DNA from: Eledone cirrhosa
Lineage: Eukaryota
Reading direction: 5' to 3'
Assembly (NCBI GenBank): GCA_964016885.1
Contig: OZ024740.1
Span: forward strand, 377,518,001-377,582,000
DNA: 64,000 nucleotides
Shown: positions 1-12,893 of the stretch, in pieces
Layout: every line of letters starts with the position of its first letter
Position numbering within the stretch: position 1 is the stretch's first letter
The notes under the pieces: generated by a model
What the model was told of the DNA's origin: nothing
Database searches by the model: none
The model's input: the letters and a program-made list of their open reading frames with translations, nothing else
Made by a program: the position numbers and the translations under genes

Positions 1-886
1 ACCTCCTCACAACGGGAGATATTTTTAAAATCTCTAAACATTTTTCAATCCAACTGTGTGGCAAACTATCGAATGCTTTTTTATAATCTATCCAAGCAAT
101 TGATGGATTTTTGTGTCTATTATGACAATCTTCCAGTATCATTTTGTTAACCAAAAGCTGATCCTTACAGCCATATGAGCCTCGTTTACACCCTTTCTGC
201 TCATTGGGAAATAGGTCATTTGTTATCAGGTGGTCATATGTATATTCAGTTAGGACTGATGTTAAAATGTTATACATTATGGTCAAGCAAGTTATAGGTC
301 TGTAATTTTTAGGATTGTTTGTCTCATCATTCTTCGGAAGCAGGAATGTAATGCCACTAACCAGCCATGATGGTATCTTTTCTGGCTCCTGAACTGTTTT
401 ATTGTAAAGTTGGGCTAACAGCTCATGATACTCTGTGAAGGCATTTATCCAAAAATTTGGTATTTTGTCTTTTCCTGGGGATTTCCATTTGCTGGTTTTT
501 CTAAGAGCCAAACGCAACTGTTCAACTATTATATTTTCCCATATTTGTTCCTCAAGGTGAGCTGTATCTTTCATTTGTCTGTCTCTCCATGGGGCATGTA
601 TATTATGAACTTTTTCTTCGGCCCAGATCTTTTCCTAGAATTCTTGCACTTCCTCCTTGTGTGGTATTGATTTAGCAGTTATTGTTGACTTGCCAATTTT
701 TCTGTAGAAGTTTCTTTGATTGTTTTTGAACATATTATTGTCCTTATAGAATCTAGATCGTTTTTCAAAGCGCCTTATACGTGCAGCTTTGGCCGACACT
801 TTTTGCTTGATTATTTCTATCAGCATGTCTATGTCACTTGTTGATTTTATACTGTATTTTCTTTTCAATTTTCTAAGTTTAGTTTG

Positions 887-889
<3 letters not shown>
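1..889 (-). mobile_element. R4/Dong-like RLE non-LTR retrotransposon, family B, copy B1 (5'-truncated, continues off window left)
   Basis: Near-identical to 11120-11918. Minus strand encodes IIKQKVSAKAARIRRFEKRS and the [20 protein letters not shown] region. 5' end abuts (TTA)n at 890-971. Confidence 0.85.

Positions 890-971
<82 letters not shown>
890..971. repeat. (TTA)n/(TAA)n microsatellite; first of about 13 spacer tracts in the array
   Basis: Other tracts at about 1736-1769, 7576-7613, 9242-9252, 9535-9556, 9669-9687, 11919-11944, 12876-12893, 18603-18646, 18907-18951, 21161-21194, 22498-22532 and 27391-27449. All read TTA on the + strand. Confidence 0.95.
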
Positions 972-1732
972 GTTGTTCTTTGAGTCTCAGTCATTGATGT
1001 TAGTTAACTGGAAAGTTTGTTGAAATGAATATCAAGCCACTACCTGCAGCCTCAGATATTCAGGACGTATCGGAGGGTTCTTGCTGTTCCCAGCAAGCAT
1101 GCCTTTTGAAGTGTTCCAAAAAGCGGGGCTGGACTAATCTTCTTTAACCATCCTTGGAAACTCTTTGAGATAGTACCTAGTGCGCCTATGACAATCGGGA
1201 CGACCTTGACTTCATGGCAGTTCCAAATCCTTTTTACCTCCCACTTTAAGTCCTGGTATCGGTTAAGTTTCTCCCTCACCTACTATGAAGGGATTTTTCA
1301 TGAAGGCTGCTCTTTCTCCTTGTTGTTATTTCCTCCTTGGACATCCCCTGGTCTATTGTCCTCTCCTTCAGTACAATTCTGAGCATTGGCTCCTTACTAT
1401 CAGTCACCTATTTGTGTAGGTTGTTTTTCTCCATCTGAACACAGTCCTCTATGCTGATAAGACCTCTTCCACCTTCAGATCTCCTTAAGTAGAGTCTATC
1501 GACATCACTCTTCTTGTGGAACACGTTGTAGATAGTCAATAGCTTCCTAGTCTTCCTATCCATTTCTTTTTGTTCAGCAACATTCCATCTCAGAATTCCT
1601 GCACTGTACCTAATAATAGACACAGCTCGGGAATTTACTGCACTTATGGCATTCCTACTGTTCAGATGTGACTTTAATACGCTCCTTACTCTCCGAATGT
1701 ATTCAGATCTTATCAATTCCTTCATTTTTTTC

Positions 1733-1735
<3 letters not shown>
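972..1735 (-). mobile_element. R4/Dong-like element family A, copy A1 (5'-truncated, ~0.5 kb internal deletion)
   Basis: ORFs 1408-1725 ([28 protein letters not shown]) and 1052-1279 (VVPIVIGALG..LQKACLLGT). At ~1281, ctccctcacc joins tactatgaag, skipping the equivalent of 12248-12750. Confidence 0.85.
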
Positions 1736-1769
<34 letters not shown>

Positions 1770-2194
1770 GGTCTAAGCGGACGTATTTTGCTCGCTCACA
1801 GTAAGTCGCTTTATTTGCCTGTTTAAATTATTTGTTGCTAAATATTTCTTGTTGTATAAGGGATATAAGCCCTTAGACTTTTTTTTACATGGTAAAAGAT
1901 TTACGAAGAAAAAAAAACGGCTGTCGTGCGACAACGACGTAGAAGTTGAGAGGAGCGCTACAGCGAAATTAACACACATTGATAACACAAACACCACCAC
2001 AAACAAGGTAAACAAAGACACCAATGATACCAATAAGAACTCTAATTTTGAAAAAAATGACAGTAACAGTGACAACGAAAATACACATAACAAAAAGAAA
2101 ATAACAAATACAACAACAATATCAACACCACTAACATGAAAAAAAAAAAGCGACAACACCAACAGCAACAATACCAACTGCACCGAGAACAACG

Positions 2195-3864
2195 GTGGTA
2201 ACAAAGACAACAATGATAACAGCGACAGTGCTAACAACAACACCAACAAGTACAACGTCAACAACACCCCCCAACGAAAACAAGACCACTTTCGCTGCGG
2301 CAGCAGCAAAAAAGAGGCCATGCTTCAACATGGACCTCTCAAACAAAGATGAAAAGTTGGCCCAGGCATGGAAGCTCATCAAGCAAGAGCAAACTTGGGC
2401 CAACTTAACTGTCCCGGTAGAAGCTATTGAGGCAGTGGAGCGCAAAACGGTGCATTATAGATGCATCTCAGCACAAACTAAAAGGGCAGCGTTAATCCCA
2501 CAAGAAGATGTCGAAGTCGCGCTGAGGTGCATCAGAGAAGACACCCAGTACATAGAGAGGGGCAGACAGTACGGCACCATTTCGGTGTTGTTCAAGTCAG
2601 AAGCCCTCGCTATGAAACACGCTACGACTCCTTGCAAAACCAGCAAGGTCATAATGTACCCCTCCCACATGGGAAAAAGAATGGCCCGTCTCCACATTCC
2701 CAGAATCCCACCAGGACTTGACATGTGGTGGCTTCTGGGATGTGTGATTGTGGAGGGGACGGATACAGTCCCTATAGAAGTGACCAGAACGGCCAGAGAG
2801 GACTGGTCCGGGGTTGACCTGGAGATCCTTCTCCAGATCAGGCCCGAGAATGTGAAGACAATCCCAGACCATATCCGACTTCAGAATGGGACTGTCATTC
2901 ACATTATGACCGAAGGCAAAAGGCCGCAGTGTTTTGTTTGTGGGGAAAAAACCCATTTGCGAGCCTTCTGCCCTCAACTGCTGAAAGAGGCAAGGGTCGA
3001 AAGGCTCCACTGCTGCCGACGCCGGGGCGAGGACCACAACCAACACCTGCACCGGCAAAACCACCAACAACAATACCAATAGAAAAAACACCACCAACAT
3101 TGACCACCCAGGGGGGAAACGAGGAAAGCTGTCAAATTCCCCCTTCCCCCAAAAATACACACACCAATAAAACCTTAAACATACATACAAACACACTTAC
3201 AGACACAGACCCCTCATCTACCAGTAGTGAAGATGAGGGAAATCCAAAATCCCCCAAAATACAAAAAAGGAAACACAAAAAGAAAAAAAAAACTCAACAA
3301 AGCACAAAAGTACCCACAATAAAAAACGCAGACACCACCCACGCAAACATCTCTCCAATAAGACCAACATCAACACCACCATCACCATCACCAGAATCCC
3401 CCAAACGCAAACAACCGAAACAGACGCAAGAACAAATATACACACAAACATCTGAAACCACAGACATCGCACTCACAACAAACACAGATACAACCGAAAC
3501 AACACCACCAAAACCATCACCACCACAGCCACGCAAACAAATAAAATCACACCAACAAAACATACAAAACTTCGTGCTCGTCAGGAGGGCCAACAAGGAA
3601 CTGATGGCCCTCGTAGCACGAAGTGAAAATATACAAAAAGAGGGGGAAATGTTTAAATCGAGCACATTTCGCGTGCCGGAAGATTTGGTTCTGGTGCGAA
3701 TGTCGCTCGACATATTCAAAGAAATACGAGACAGCTTTCCTCAGAACGTGGGAACCCCGAACTTAAAACCCACTTCAAGACTTTTAAAGGGGTTCCCAAA
3801 AGAAACCCCACTAACTATGGAGGTCGAACAACCCGACCTTCACAAGAGCCCAGAAGGTAAGTAA
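2195..3864 (+). pseudogene. T1 ORF1 (gag-like: CCHC zinc knuckle, Pro/Thr-rich linker), frameshifted
   Basis: EGKRPQCFVCGEKTHLRAFC near 2910-2970; the frame shifts near 3000 into ORF 2929-3864. The true start may lie upstream (ORF 1849-2139). Confidence 0.75.
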
Positions 3865-3895
3865 ACCTTCCTCTCTCTCTTTTTAACCTGCCAAC

Positions 3896-6800
3896 ATGGC
3901 CGTATTAAGAGTAGGATGTTTAAATGTTCGAGGCCTGGGATCGTCCTGGAAGCAGGGTCACCAGCTCAACGACCTCATGTCTATAGAAATGGATGTAATT
4001 GCAGTCAGCAAGACCAGGATTTCCGACATGCGCGCACTAGCCCCCATTTTCGACGACTATCAGACCTTTGCATCTGTTAGCCAGCCGGGAATGGGAGGCG
4101 GGGTGACAGTGCTGTTTAGGAAAGGCCTGGATCTCGAGGTAAGGTCGATCTTCCGGGACCCGGACGGGAAGTTGGTGGTCCTGGACGTGAACAATAATGA
4201 AGGTGGTGTCTTTAGACTGGTGGCCGTCTATGCTCCTACTGGGGCAGGACGGCCGGACTTCTTTAGACGCATGGAAGACTTTCTGGGTATGTCTCGCCCT
4301 TTACTGTTAGCGGGGGACTGGAACGGCATCTTAGACGCACGCTGGGACTGTGTGGGAGTATCCGATAGGAGCGGGGGGTACAAAAGCCTCAAGAACCTGA
4401 TCAGCCAGTTCCAACTGTCTGACAGGTACTGACTAGATTTCCCTAATGCGCCAGTGTGGACCTGGGCTAACCGCATAGGGTCATCTAGATCGTATATAGA
4501 CAGGATATTCATTAGGAAAATAGACAGAAATAGTGTAAGCTGTCCACGTTTTGAAACGGTCACCTATTCAGATCACAAGTTTGTGATCTGTATGGTCGAC
4601 CTAGATAAGACGCGTAGGTTAGGACCTGGTTACTGGAAGTTAAACATGTCATTTCCGGCACGTAAGGCTTACAGGGACCAGGTCAACAATTTCGTTAAGA
4701 AAAAGTTAACAGGGGGAGTCGTCAACAATAGATGGTGGGGGGCTCTCAAAAGAGAGATTAGAGTAATGTCGATAGAGTTTAGCAAAGAAGTAGCATTAGA
4801 GAAAAATAGAAAGGAGGGAGAGTTGGTAGATAAGTTAGACGAGGCTATTGGTAGTGGCATTGCAACTGATGTTCTAGCGGCGAGAATGGCATTAGACCAT
4901 TTCTTCAATGCGAAACACGAAGGTTGCATTGTCAGAGCTAAGGCGCGTGCTCTGATAAACGAGGGAACCAAAGCTGTTCGATGGGCCCGCGTGGCAGAGG
5001 CGCAGCGTGGTAATAAAACCACGATTCGGTCTTTGACGGACCGAGACGGGCTCGAGCTAGGCGATTCCAAGAGGATGTGTGAGGCCTTTCGCCAACATTT
5101 TGCTCGGTTGTTCGGGGGAAGTGGCGGGTCAGCGATGGTGGCGGACTTCAGTCCCTACCTCGATGGTTGCCGCAACTCTCGACGGCTGACGCTGGGCGCT
5201 GCGAAAGGCCAATTACTTCAGCCGAGATTCAGGATGCCATTGTAGGCTGCATGAGGCGCAAGTCACCCGGTTTGGATGGTCTGCCCTACGAGCTTTACGT
5301 AAATATGCCAGACTTGTTCTCCAATCTCCTCGAAGCGCTCTACTGCAACTGGCAGCAAAACGGGAGTATTCCCAGTTCTGTGAGCCGGGCGTAGTGACGC
5401 TGATAAGGAAAGACGAGAACAAGAGGGACACATTAGACAATTTCAGGCCCATAACTCTGCTCAACACAGAGTTTAAGATTTTGGCCAGGGTGTTAGCGAA
5501 GAGGTTGGCGCTTGTCGTCGGGGATTTGGTTGGGGTGGAGCAAGCTTGCGCAATCCCAACCAGGTCCATACACGACAACCTCCACCTAATGCGATACATC
5601 ATAGAGAGGGTAGGGTGTAAACCTGGCTTCGGTGGGGCTCTGATCAATTTAGATCAATCGAAAGCATTCGATAGGGTCGACCATCGGTACCTGGAGGCTG
5701 TCCTCAAGGCGGTTGGCTTCGGCCCCGTCTTCAGAAGCTGGATCGCTGCAATGCACAGCGGCACCTGCTCGATGGTCAAAATTAATAGTCACCTCTCGGA
5801 ACCGTTTCAGGTCTCCCGATCGGTCCGTCAAGGGTGCCCTCTCTCCTCCCTTCTGTACGTATTGACTCTCGAGCCTTTACTGCGGAAGCTGGAGCTGTTG
5901 CAGGGCATCCCGCTCGAACCGGGACGAGGAAAGGCTGTGTCGGCTTATGCGGACGACATCACCGTGATGGTGTCGGACACCTCAGAAATTGAGGTGGTCG
6001 GCAACTTATTGTAGGAATATGAAAGGTTGACGGGAGCAAAACTTAACCCGGAAAAGTCAGTGGGCTTGCAACTCGGCACCTGGAGAGGCAAGTCCATGCC
6101 GTCCAACAGCGTCGTTAGGCGCTGGGCGGACGGACCGGTAAAGTTGCTAGGGGTTTGGTTCGGGCCAGACCTCCAGGTGGATAAGAATTGGGACGAGGTG
6201 ACGGGCAGGGTAGTCAGTCTCACCCAGAAATGGGCTGGGATGAAGCTATCACTGAAAGGTCGGGCGGAGGTGGCGAACGCGTACATCGCGTCCGTCATCT
6301 ACTACCGTCTGACTGTCGTCCCTTGCCCCCGTTCGCGCCTCGCCATCTTGGAGCGGCTCCTCTTAAAATTCTTGTGGAGGGGTCAGGTTCCGCTGGTGAG
6401 GCGGTCCATCTGCTGCCAGCACCCTCTACGTGGAGGGCTGGGCATGCCGTGGCTAATGATGCGCTGCGGCATCTCCAGATATTCTGCCTAAACGGTGAAC
6501 AGGTGTGGTCGCCGTTTGTCAGACGGGCCTTTCCGCAGCTCGTTTCTTTGACTGAGTTGCAGTCCTGGGTCAAGAAGAGACCGAGACTGGGTGACTGGCA
6601 TCTGGAATGTTGCCAGGCACTCACTGCCCTCTACCAGGCGGGCAATGCGGTCAGTGTAACTTCCACTCTCGAGTTCTATAGAGGATTAGTGGTGGGCAAG
6701 TGCGACGACGCACTCGGAGAGGCTCTGGGAGTCAACGAAGTCGAACTAACCAGTCTGTACCGGAGGACTTTCGAGCCGGGGACGATGGATAATTTCCAAA

Positions 6801-7300
6801 AATCCCTCGTTTGGCAGTGCTACCGGGGGGCACTACCGGTTCGAGATAAACTCTACAGGCACCGAAGTGCTGTCAGACGGACCTGCCCGAGATGCGCGCA
6901 CAGCGACGAAACCGTTCTGCACGCACTCGTCCAGTGTCCGTGCATTACTGACTTGTGGAGTTATGTTGAACAGCTGTTGTCGCGTGTAGAACGGATCCGG
7001 CTATCGGCCGAGTCCATAGTGAAAATCAACCCGCCGCCTTCTTTTGGCCAGGAAGGGCAGGCAATTTTCCTCTGTCTGGTAGCAGTAGCGAAAGAGGTTG
7101 TATGGTGGACGAGGTTGAAAGGACTGAAGACAGACACTTTTCTCTTCGGCCAATCCCTCATCAACTTTTTCAAGTTTCACTTGGAAAGGAAGGTGAGGGT
7201 GGAGAGAGAAGTGCTGCCCCCCAGTACATTTGCTGAAAGGTGGGTGAATGTGGCGAGAATGGCCCGTGTGAGTGGGCCTACTCTGGTCATGCGGCTGTAG
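3896..7300 (+). pseudogene. T1 ORF2: APE endonuclease, reverse transcriptase and zinc-binding domain, disrupted
   Basis: APE motifs GCLNVRG, YAPT, GDWN, SYIDR, SDH. RT motifs SPGLDGLP, FRPITLLN, DQSKAFDRV, VRQGCPLS, YADD. CPRC-x8-H-x4-C. Stops or frameshifts near 4432, 5165, 5394, 6014 and 6465. Confidence 0.92.
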
Positions 7301-7573
7301 GTAGGTAAATTTGAAGAGGAGAGGGGTGCCCTTCCAGGGTTCTCTCGAAGCGTCGAGTCGTTCAGGACTGGTGGAGTACCTGAGCAAACCCTAGGTGGTC
7401 ATCCCCCCTATTGGGGAATATTTTCTGGTTGTAATTTTCTTGTTACTTTATTGTTACTTTGTTATTGTTACTTTGTTTATTCATATTGTTTACTCGATTT
7501 TTCTGTAAAACCCCACTGTCCCAGTCTTTTGTATTGTCCCCTATATGTCGGCCCTTGTGGCCAATAAATGAAA

Positions 7574-7616
<43 letters not shown>

Positions 7617-9065
7617 GTATGTTTGTTTCGCGTAACTTTCGATAACTTGAAATGAGAAATAAAACACATTCTGCAAGAAAATCAAATATTAGTGTCGATG
7701 CTAACGTATTTAGAGTACTTGGGCAAGAGATATTAACCAATTATAATTACGCCCTTGGCTAAGAGAAGTAACTTAAAGAGTAGCTCTGATCGGAAATGGA
7801 AGGGAGAGAAACCCGGATTTCAATTAATTTCAATTCATTATGAATATACCACGGGTAATGTTGATTTTGGCATTAGAGTGTCAATGCCAAAAGACTTATG
7901 ATTTCGTTTTCGTTCAGAACGTGTCTTTGGGTATTTTTCCTAAATTTTATTCATTTGTGAGGTTATACTTAATTCTGTCAGTGCAGCAGAGTGGCAAAAA
8001 TATCAACGAATCGAACTAAATGCTTCACAGTGTTGAGTAACGTATTTTTACATTTTGAATTCAAGTTTCTTGGGAATCCGCTTTCGTTTTCTCTCATTCT
8101 GCCCAGTAACATACGTATTAACATTATGATTATCTGATTTAAGCAATATACTTCACCACTATAAAATCTAGTCTTGAACAGTGTCTTACTGGTCAAAAGA
8201 ATTCATCAAGTTATATTGAAAGCGGATTCTAGAACAAGATAAAAGTATATCTAATATTGATTATATATACGTGAGAAAGGTATGTGCCTGTTTATTACTT
8301 TAGAACTTAATTTCTTTTGAACAAAAAGCAGCTCATCTTCATTGACAAGTTGAAGTCTATGATTTGTTAAATAAACGTCTGTTATTAGAAACTCATGATC
8401 ATGACTCGGGAAGGAGTTTACTAAGCCTAAAGGAGCAATTTAATTTGTCTGAAGTGTGTTCTGTCTATGATACAAGATTAATTTTAATTTCATAAATAAC
8501 ACAGTTGTCCTTTCCAACATACCATTCATTTCATCCTTGAGAATAGTTACAGGTGGAATGAATTAATGTCAATTCTTGAGTATGTTTTATCTTTTCAATA
8601 AATTTCGATGAGATATTCCTTGTGTTATATCTAAAGTAAAAACAATTAAACTTCTCTTTATTCAATTACCTGACATGAGAGTAATCGAAAACTATTAAAT
8701 AGTAAGAGAATCTGCAGCACATAAAGACTTGGAAATAAATGAATAATTCGTTTGCCTCTAATACCAAGATCAAATCCTTTCAGATCGAGATGTCTTTGAT
8801 TTCTTGGAACCAGTAGATAGAATCAGTAAATCTAAAATTCCTTATAATATTTAAACTCCTTCAGGAGTCATGTATCCTTTTATTTGTCCAAAATTGTTGA
8901 AATAAGTACCAGTCATACATTATGATTTGAATTTTAGACCAGATATTTTTCAGTGGAAGTGGTCTTTCGACTATGATATTATATCGTATTGCAAAATGTA
9001 TTATTTTATATTTTTTTCTTCAGACTCTTTATTATGATATCAGTTGTCAAATCTATTAAATAAAG

Positions 9066-9115
9066 CAAGCTAGGTGCGGGTGCCAGTTTAGTCGCCGACG
9101 ACTCAATCATGCGCC
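9066..9115 (-). mobile_element. Short fragment related to the 5' end of the RTE-derived non-autonomous element
   Basis: tgccagtttagtcgccgacgactcaatcatg matches tgccagtttagtcgccaacgacccgaccatg at ~33098-33128. Confidence 0.55.
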
Positions 9116-9252
9116 ACTATCGAAACGTTTCTTTAAATCATTTGTATCACATTGAAATAAATGTTTCTTTAGCTTCTTCTCAAAAACGACACATCCAGTC
9201 ATGAAGTAACGTTTGTTCATTAATTTCAATGTTTCCCATGTTTATTATTATT

Positions 9253-9534
9253 GAAAGGTGGGTGAGAGAGGCAAGAATGGCCCGTGTGAATGAGCCTGCT
9301 CTGAGCGTGTGCCTGTAGTATTGTAGGAGGAAAACTGGGAGAGGGTGCTTGCTCTAGCGGTCAGGCTGACCGTACCTTTTGTGGGCTTTCTCCACGAATG
9401 ACCCTCGGAAGCCCGCCCCCCCCCCCCTATTGTTTTATGTTTTTGTGTTTTCACGCGGAAATTCCCATTTGTACCGTCCTGTGCTGTCCTTAATGTTATG
9501 CTGTGTGTTAACCCTTATGGTTAATAAAGAAAGC
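9253..9534 (+). mobile_element. Tx1-like 3'-end fragment (T2-type subfamily)
   Basis: Similar to 18293-18602 (ERWVREARMARVN.. plus 3'UTR); flanked by (TTA)n on both sides. Confidence 0.8.
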
Positions 9535-9556
9535 ATTATTATTATTATTATTATTC

Positions 9557-9668
9557 TGAGTTCAAATCCCGCCGAGGTTAACTTTGCCTTTCATCCTTAC
9601 GGGGTCGATAAAATGAAGTACCAGTAATATATTGGGTAATTGCTGGCCTTGTGCCAAAAGTAGAAACA
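9557..9668 (+). mobile_element. 5'-truncated tRNA-type SINE
   Basis: B box GAGTTCAAATCC, core GCCTTTCATCCTTACGGGGTCGATAAA..GTACCAG, 3' TGGCCTTGTGCCAAAAGTAGAAAC then (ATT)n. Confidence 0.8.
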
Positions 9669-9687
9669 ATTATTATTATTATTATTA

Positions 9688-11918
9688 CAGTTGCATTTAT
9701 CTTGCTTTATGTTCATACGAGTTATCACCAAGTCACAACCAGTGACCTCAAGAGACAACAAGGTCCGCCATGCTCAAGAAAGAACATACATACACACACA
9801 TGCATCTTTAGTGTTTAGACTTGTGATGTACTTATATTGACAGAATCTTCCTTAGTATATGGGCAGTTCCCATTAGTACTATCTTTTGTATTTCTCCTAT
9901 ACGCGGGTTTCCTGGGATTTGCGATAAGTAATCATTAGACCCCTACAACCACTGGTATTGTTTTAGTTCTCAATTTCCACATTTTTCCAATTTCTATCTC
10001 CAGGTCCTTATACTTGCTCAATTTTTCAAATGTTTTTATAGATACATTCTTGTCTATTAGACATTCTTGTCTATTAGACATTCTTGTCTAAAGTCCTTCA
10101 GTATTGTATCAGGTCTATTTGCATCTATTTTTCGGTCTGTTTGGATGCTAAAATTCCACAAGATTGAGATGTGATCTTTTTCAAGTATGGGAGGTGGTTG
10201 TTGCTCCCACCAATTCTTTTGATGGGGCAGGTCAAAATGCTTACACATTATCCAATGTATGTATTGTGCAGCTCTGTCGTGCCTGTTTAGGTATTCGGTT
10301 GGAGCTATAGGACTGCACAATGAAGATATGTAGATAATCCAATTGTTGCAGTTTTCAACGCAATATCTAACTGGATTAACCCACGTCCTCCTTCTTTCCT
10401 AGGGAGATATATTCTATCTGTATCTGCCTTAGGGTGATGCATTCTGTGCATGGTTAAGAATTTTCGAATTTTTGTAACGAGCCTACGGATCTCTGTGCTT
10501 GACCTGTTGATGACATTGTAACTGTAGGTTACTACTGGTATGGCAAGCGTGTTTATGGCATCGATCCTATTCCTTGCATTCAATTCCGTTCTTAAGATTG
10601 CTCTTACTCTGCGGTAACATTCCTTCCTTATCCTTTCCCTCATTGTCGAGTGCTTGATTCCGTCTCCTTCACAAACACCTAGATATTTGTAAGTTTCCTC
10701 TTGATCAAGTTCTCTTATCACATTCCCCCGATCAAGATTAATGTCTGGACTTTTCAGCAGCTTTCCTCTGGTGAACGTTGCTTTGGCGCATTTATCTAGT
10801 CCAAACTCAATTTTAATGTCATCACTGAACTGCTCCACAGTGGATAATAGCCCTTGCAATTGTTCATCATGTTCTGCAAATAGTTTCAGGTCATCCATGT
10901 AGAACAAGTGATTAATGGTTTTGTCATAGACTTTATATCCATGTTTTCTTTCATTGAGCATTTGACTTAATAGTATAAGTGCGATGCAGAATAAAAACGG
11001 TGATAAAGAGTCACCCTGAATAATTCCACAATTAATATTAACTTCTCCAGCTTCCAGTGATTTATTTTCACTATTCAAAAGGAGTGTCATTTTCCATGTC
11101 TTCATACTGAATGACAAAAACCTCCTGACAACGGGAGATATTTTGAAAATCTCTAAACATTTTTCAATCCAACTGTGTGGCAAACTATCGAATGCTTTTT
11201 TATAATCTATCCAAGCAATTGATAGATTTTTGTGTCTATTATAACAATCTTCCAGTATCATTTTGTTAACAAAAAGCTGATCCTTACAGCCATATGAGCC
11301 TCGTTTACACCCTTTCTGTTCATTGGGAAATAGATCATTTGTTATCAGGTGATCATATGAATATTCAGTTAGGACTGATGTTAAAATTTTATATATTGTG
11401 GTCAAGCAAGTTATCGGTCTGTAATTTTTGGGATTGTTTGTCTCATCATTCTTCGGAAATAGGAATGTAATGCCGTTAACTAGCCATGATGGTATCTTTT
11501 CTGGCTCCTTAACCATTTCATTGTAAAGTTGGGCTAACAGCTCATGATAATCTGTGAAGGCATTTATCCAAAAATTTGGTATTTTGTCTTTTCCTGGGGA
11601 TTTCCATTTGCTGTTTTTTTTAAGAGCCAGACGCAACTGTTCAACTATTATATGTTCCCATGTTTGTTCCTCACGGTGAGCTGTATCTTTCATTTGTCTG
11701 TCTATCTATGGGGCATGTATATTATGAACTTTTTCTTCGACCCAGATCTTTTCCCAGAATTCTTGCACTTCCTCCCTGTGTGTTATTGATTTAGCAGTTA
11801 TTGTTGACTTGCCAATTTTTCTGTAGAAGTTTCTTTGGTTGTTTTTGAACATATTATTGTCCTTATAGAATCTAGATCGTTTTTCAAAGCGTCTTATACG
11901 AGCAGCTTTGGCCGACAC
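9688..11918 (-). mobile_element. R4/Dong-like family B copy B2 (5'-truncated; RT plus restriction-like endonuclease)
   Basis: ORF 10305-11693 ([26 protein letters not shown]), then YLNRHD..ANRPD (10057-10320) and the C-terminus GTAHILRKILSI* ending at 9832. Flanked by (TTA)n. Confidence 0.9.
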
Positions 11919-11944
11919 TTATTATTATTATTATTATTATTATT

Positions 11945-12875
11945 CTTTGAGTCTCAGTCATTGATGTTATTTAACTGGAAAGTTTGTTGAAATGAATATC
12001 AAGCCACTACCTGCAGCCTCAGATATTCAGGACGTATCGGAGGGTTCTTGCTGTTCCCAGCAAGCATGCCTTTTGAAGTGTTCCAAAAAGCGGGGCGGGA
12101 CCAATTTTCTTTAACCATTCTTGGAAACTCTTTGAGATAGTACCTAGTGCGCCTATGACAATCGGGACCACTTTGATTTCATGGCAGTTCCAAATCCCTT
12201 TTACCTCCCACTTTAAGTCCTGGTATCGGTTAATTTTCTCCCTCACCTTCTCTTACACTCTCGTGTCGAATGGGCAGACTACATCTACAATCAGGCACGA
12301 TCTTTTTCCCTTGTCCAAAATCACCAGGTCAGGTCTATTGTGTTCCAGTTTCTTGTCCGTCTGTATCCTAAAATCCCACAGCACCTTCACCTGATCGTTT
12401 TCCATCACCGACTCTGGCTTATGCTCATACCACTTCTCAGAATGTGGTAAATTGTTTACTTTGCATAGGTGCCAGTGGATCACCCTGCCCATCATGTCTC
12501 CAGCCTTTATAGTGAGTCTGGGCTAGGTGTTTACACTCGGATACAATGTAAGCCACAGTCTCCTCTCTCTCTCCACAGATCCTACACAGTGGGCTAGCCT
12601 CCTCCTTGTAAATATGGTGTTTCAGCCACTTCGTTTTGAGGGCCTGCTCTTGCGCAGCCATTAGCATTCCTTCTGTAGCCTTTTTAAGGTCTCCTCTTTT
12701 CAACCAGTTCCATGTCTGTGGATCTCTGAATTCAATTTTCTCAAAGAAGGTACTATGAAGGGATTTTTCATGAAGGTTGCTCTTTCTCCTTGTTGTTATT
12801 TCCTCCTTGGACATCCCCTTGTCTATTGTCCTCACCTTCAGTACAATTCTGAGTATCGGCTCCCTACTATCAGTC
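11945..12875 (-). mobile_element. R4/Dong-like family A copy A2 (3' fragment)
   Basis: CRICG..ET..YIVSEC zinc motif, RHD, HNRPDLV (PD..D RLE). Flanked by (TTA)n. Confidence 0.88.
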
Positions 12876-12893
12876 ATTATTATTATTATTATT

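Larger units (their letters stand above)
1770..7575 (+). mobile_element. Tx1-like (L1 superfamily) non-LTR retrotransposon T1, near full length, inactivated
   Basis: ORF1 with CCHC knuckle and ORF2 with APE-RT-zinc domains. 3'UTR ends GGCCCTTGTGGCCAATAAATGAAATC then (ATT)n. Flanked by (TTA)n on both sides. Confidence 0.9.
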
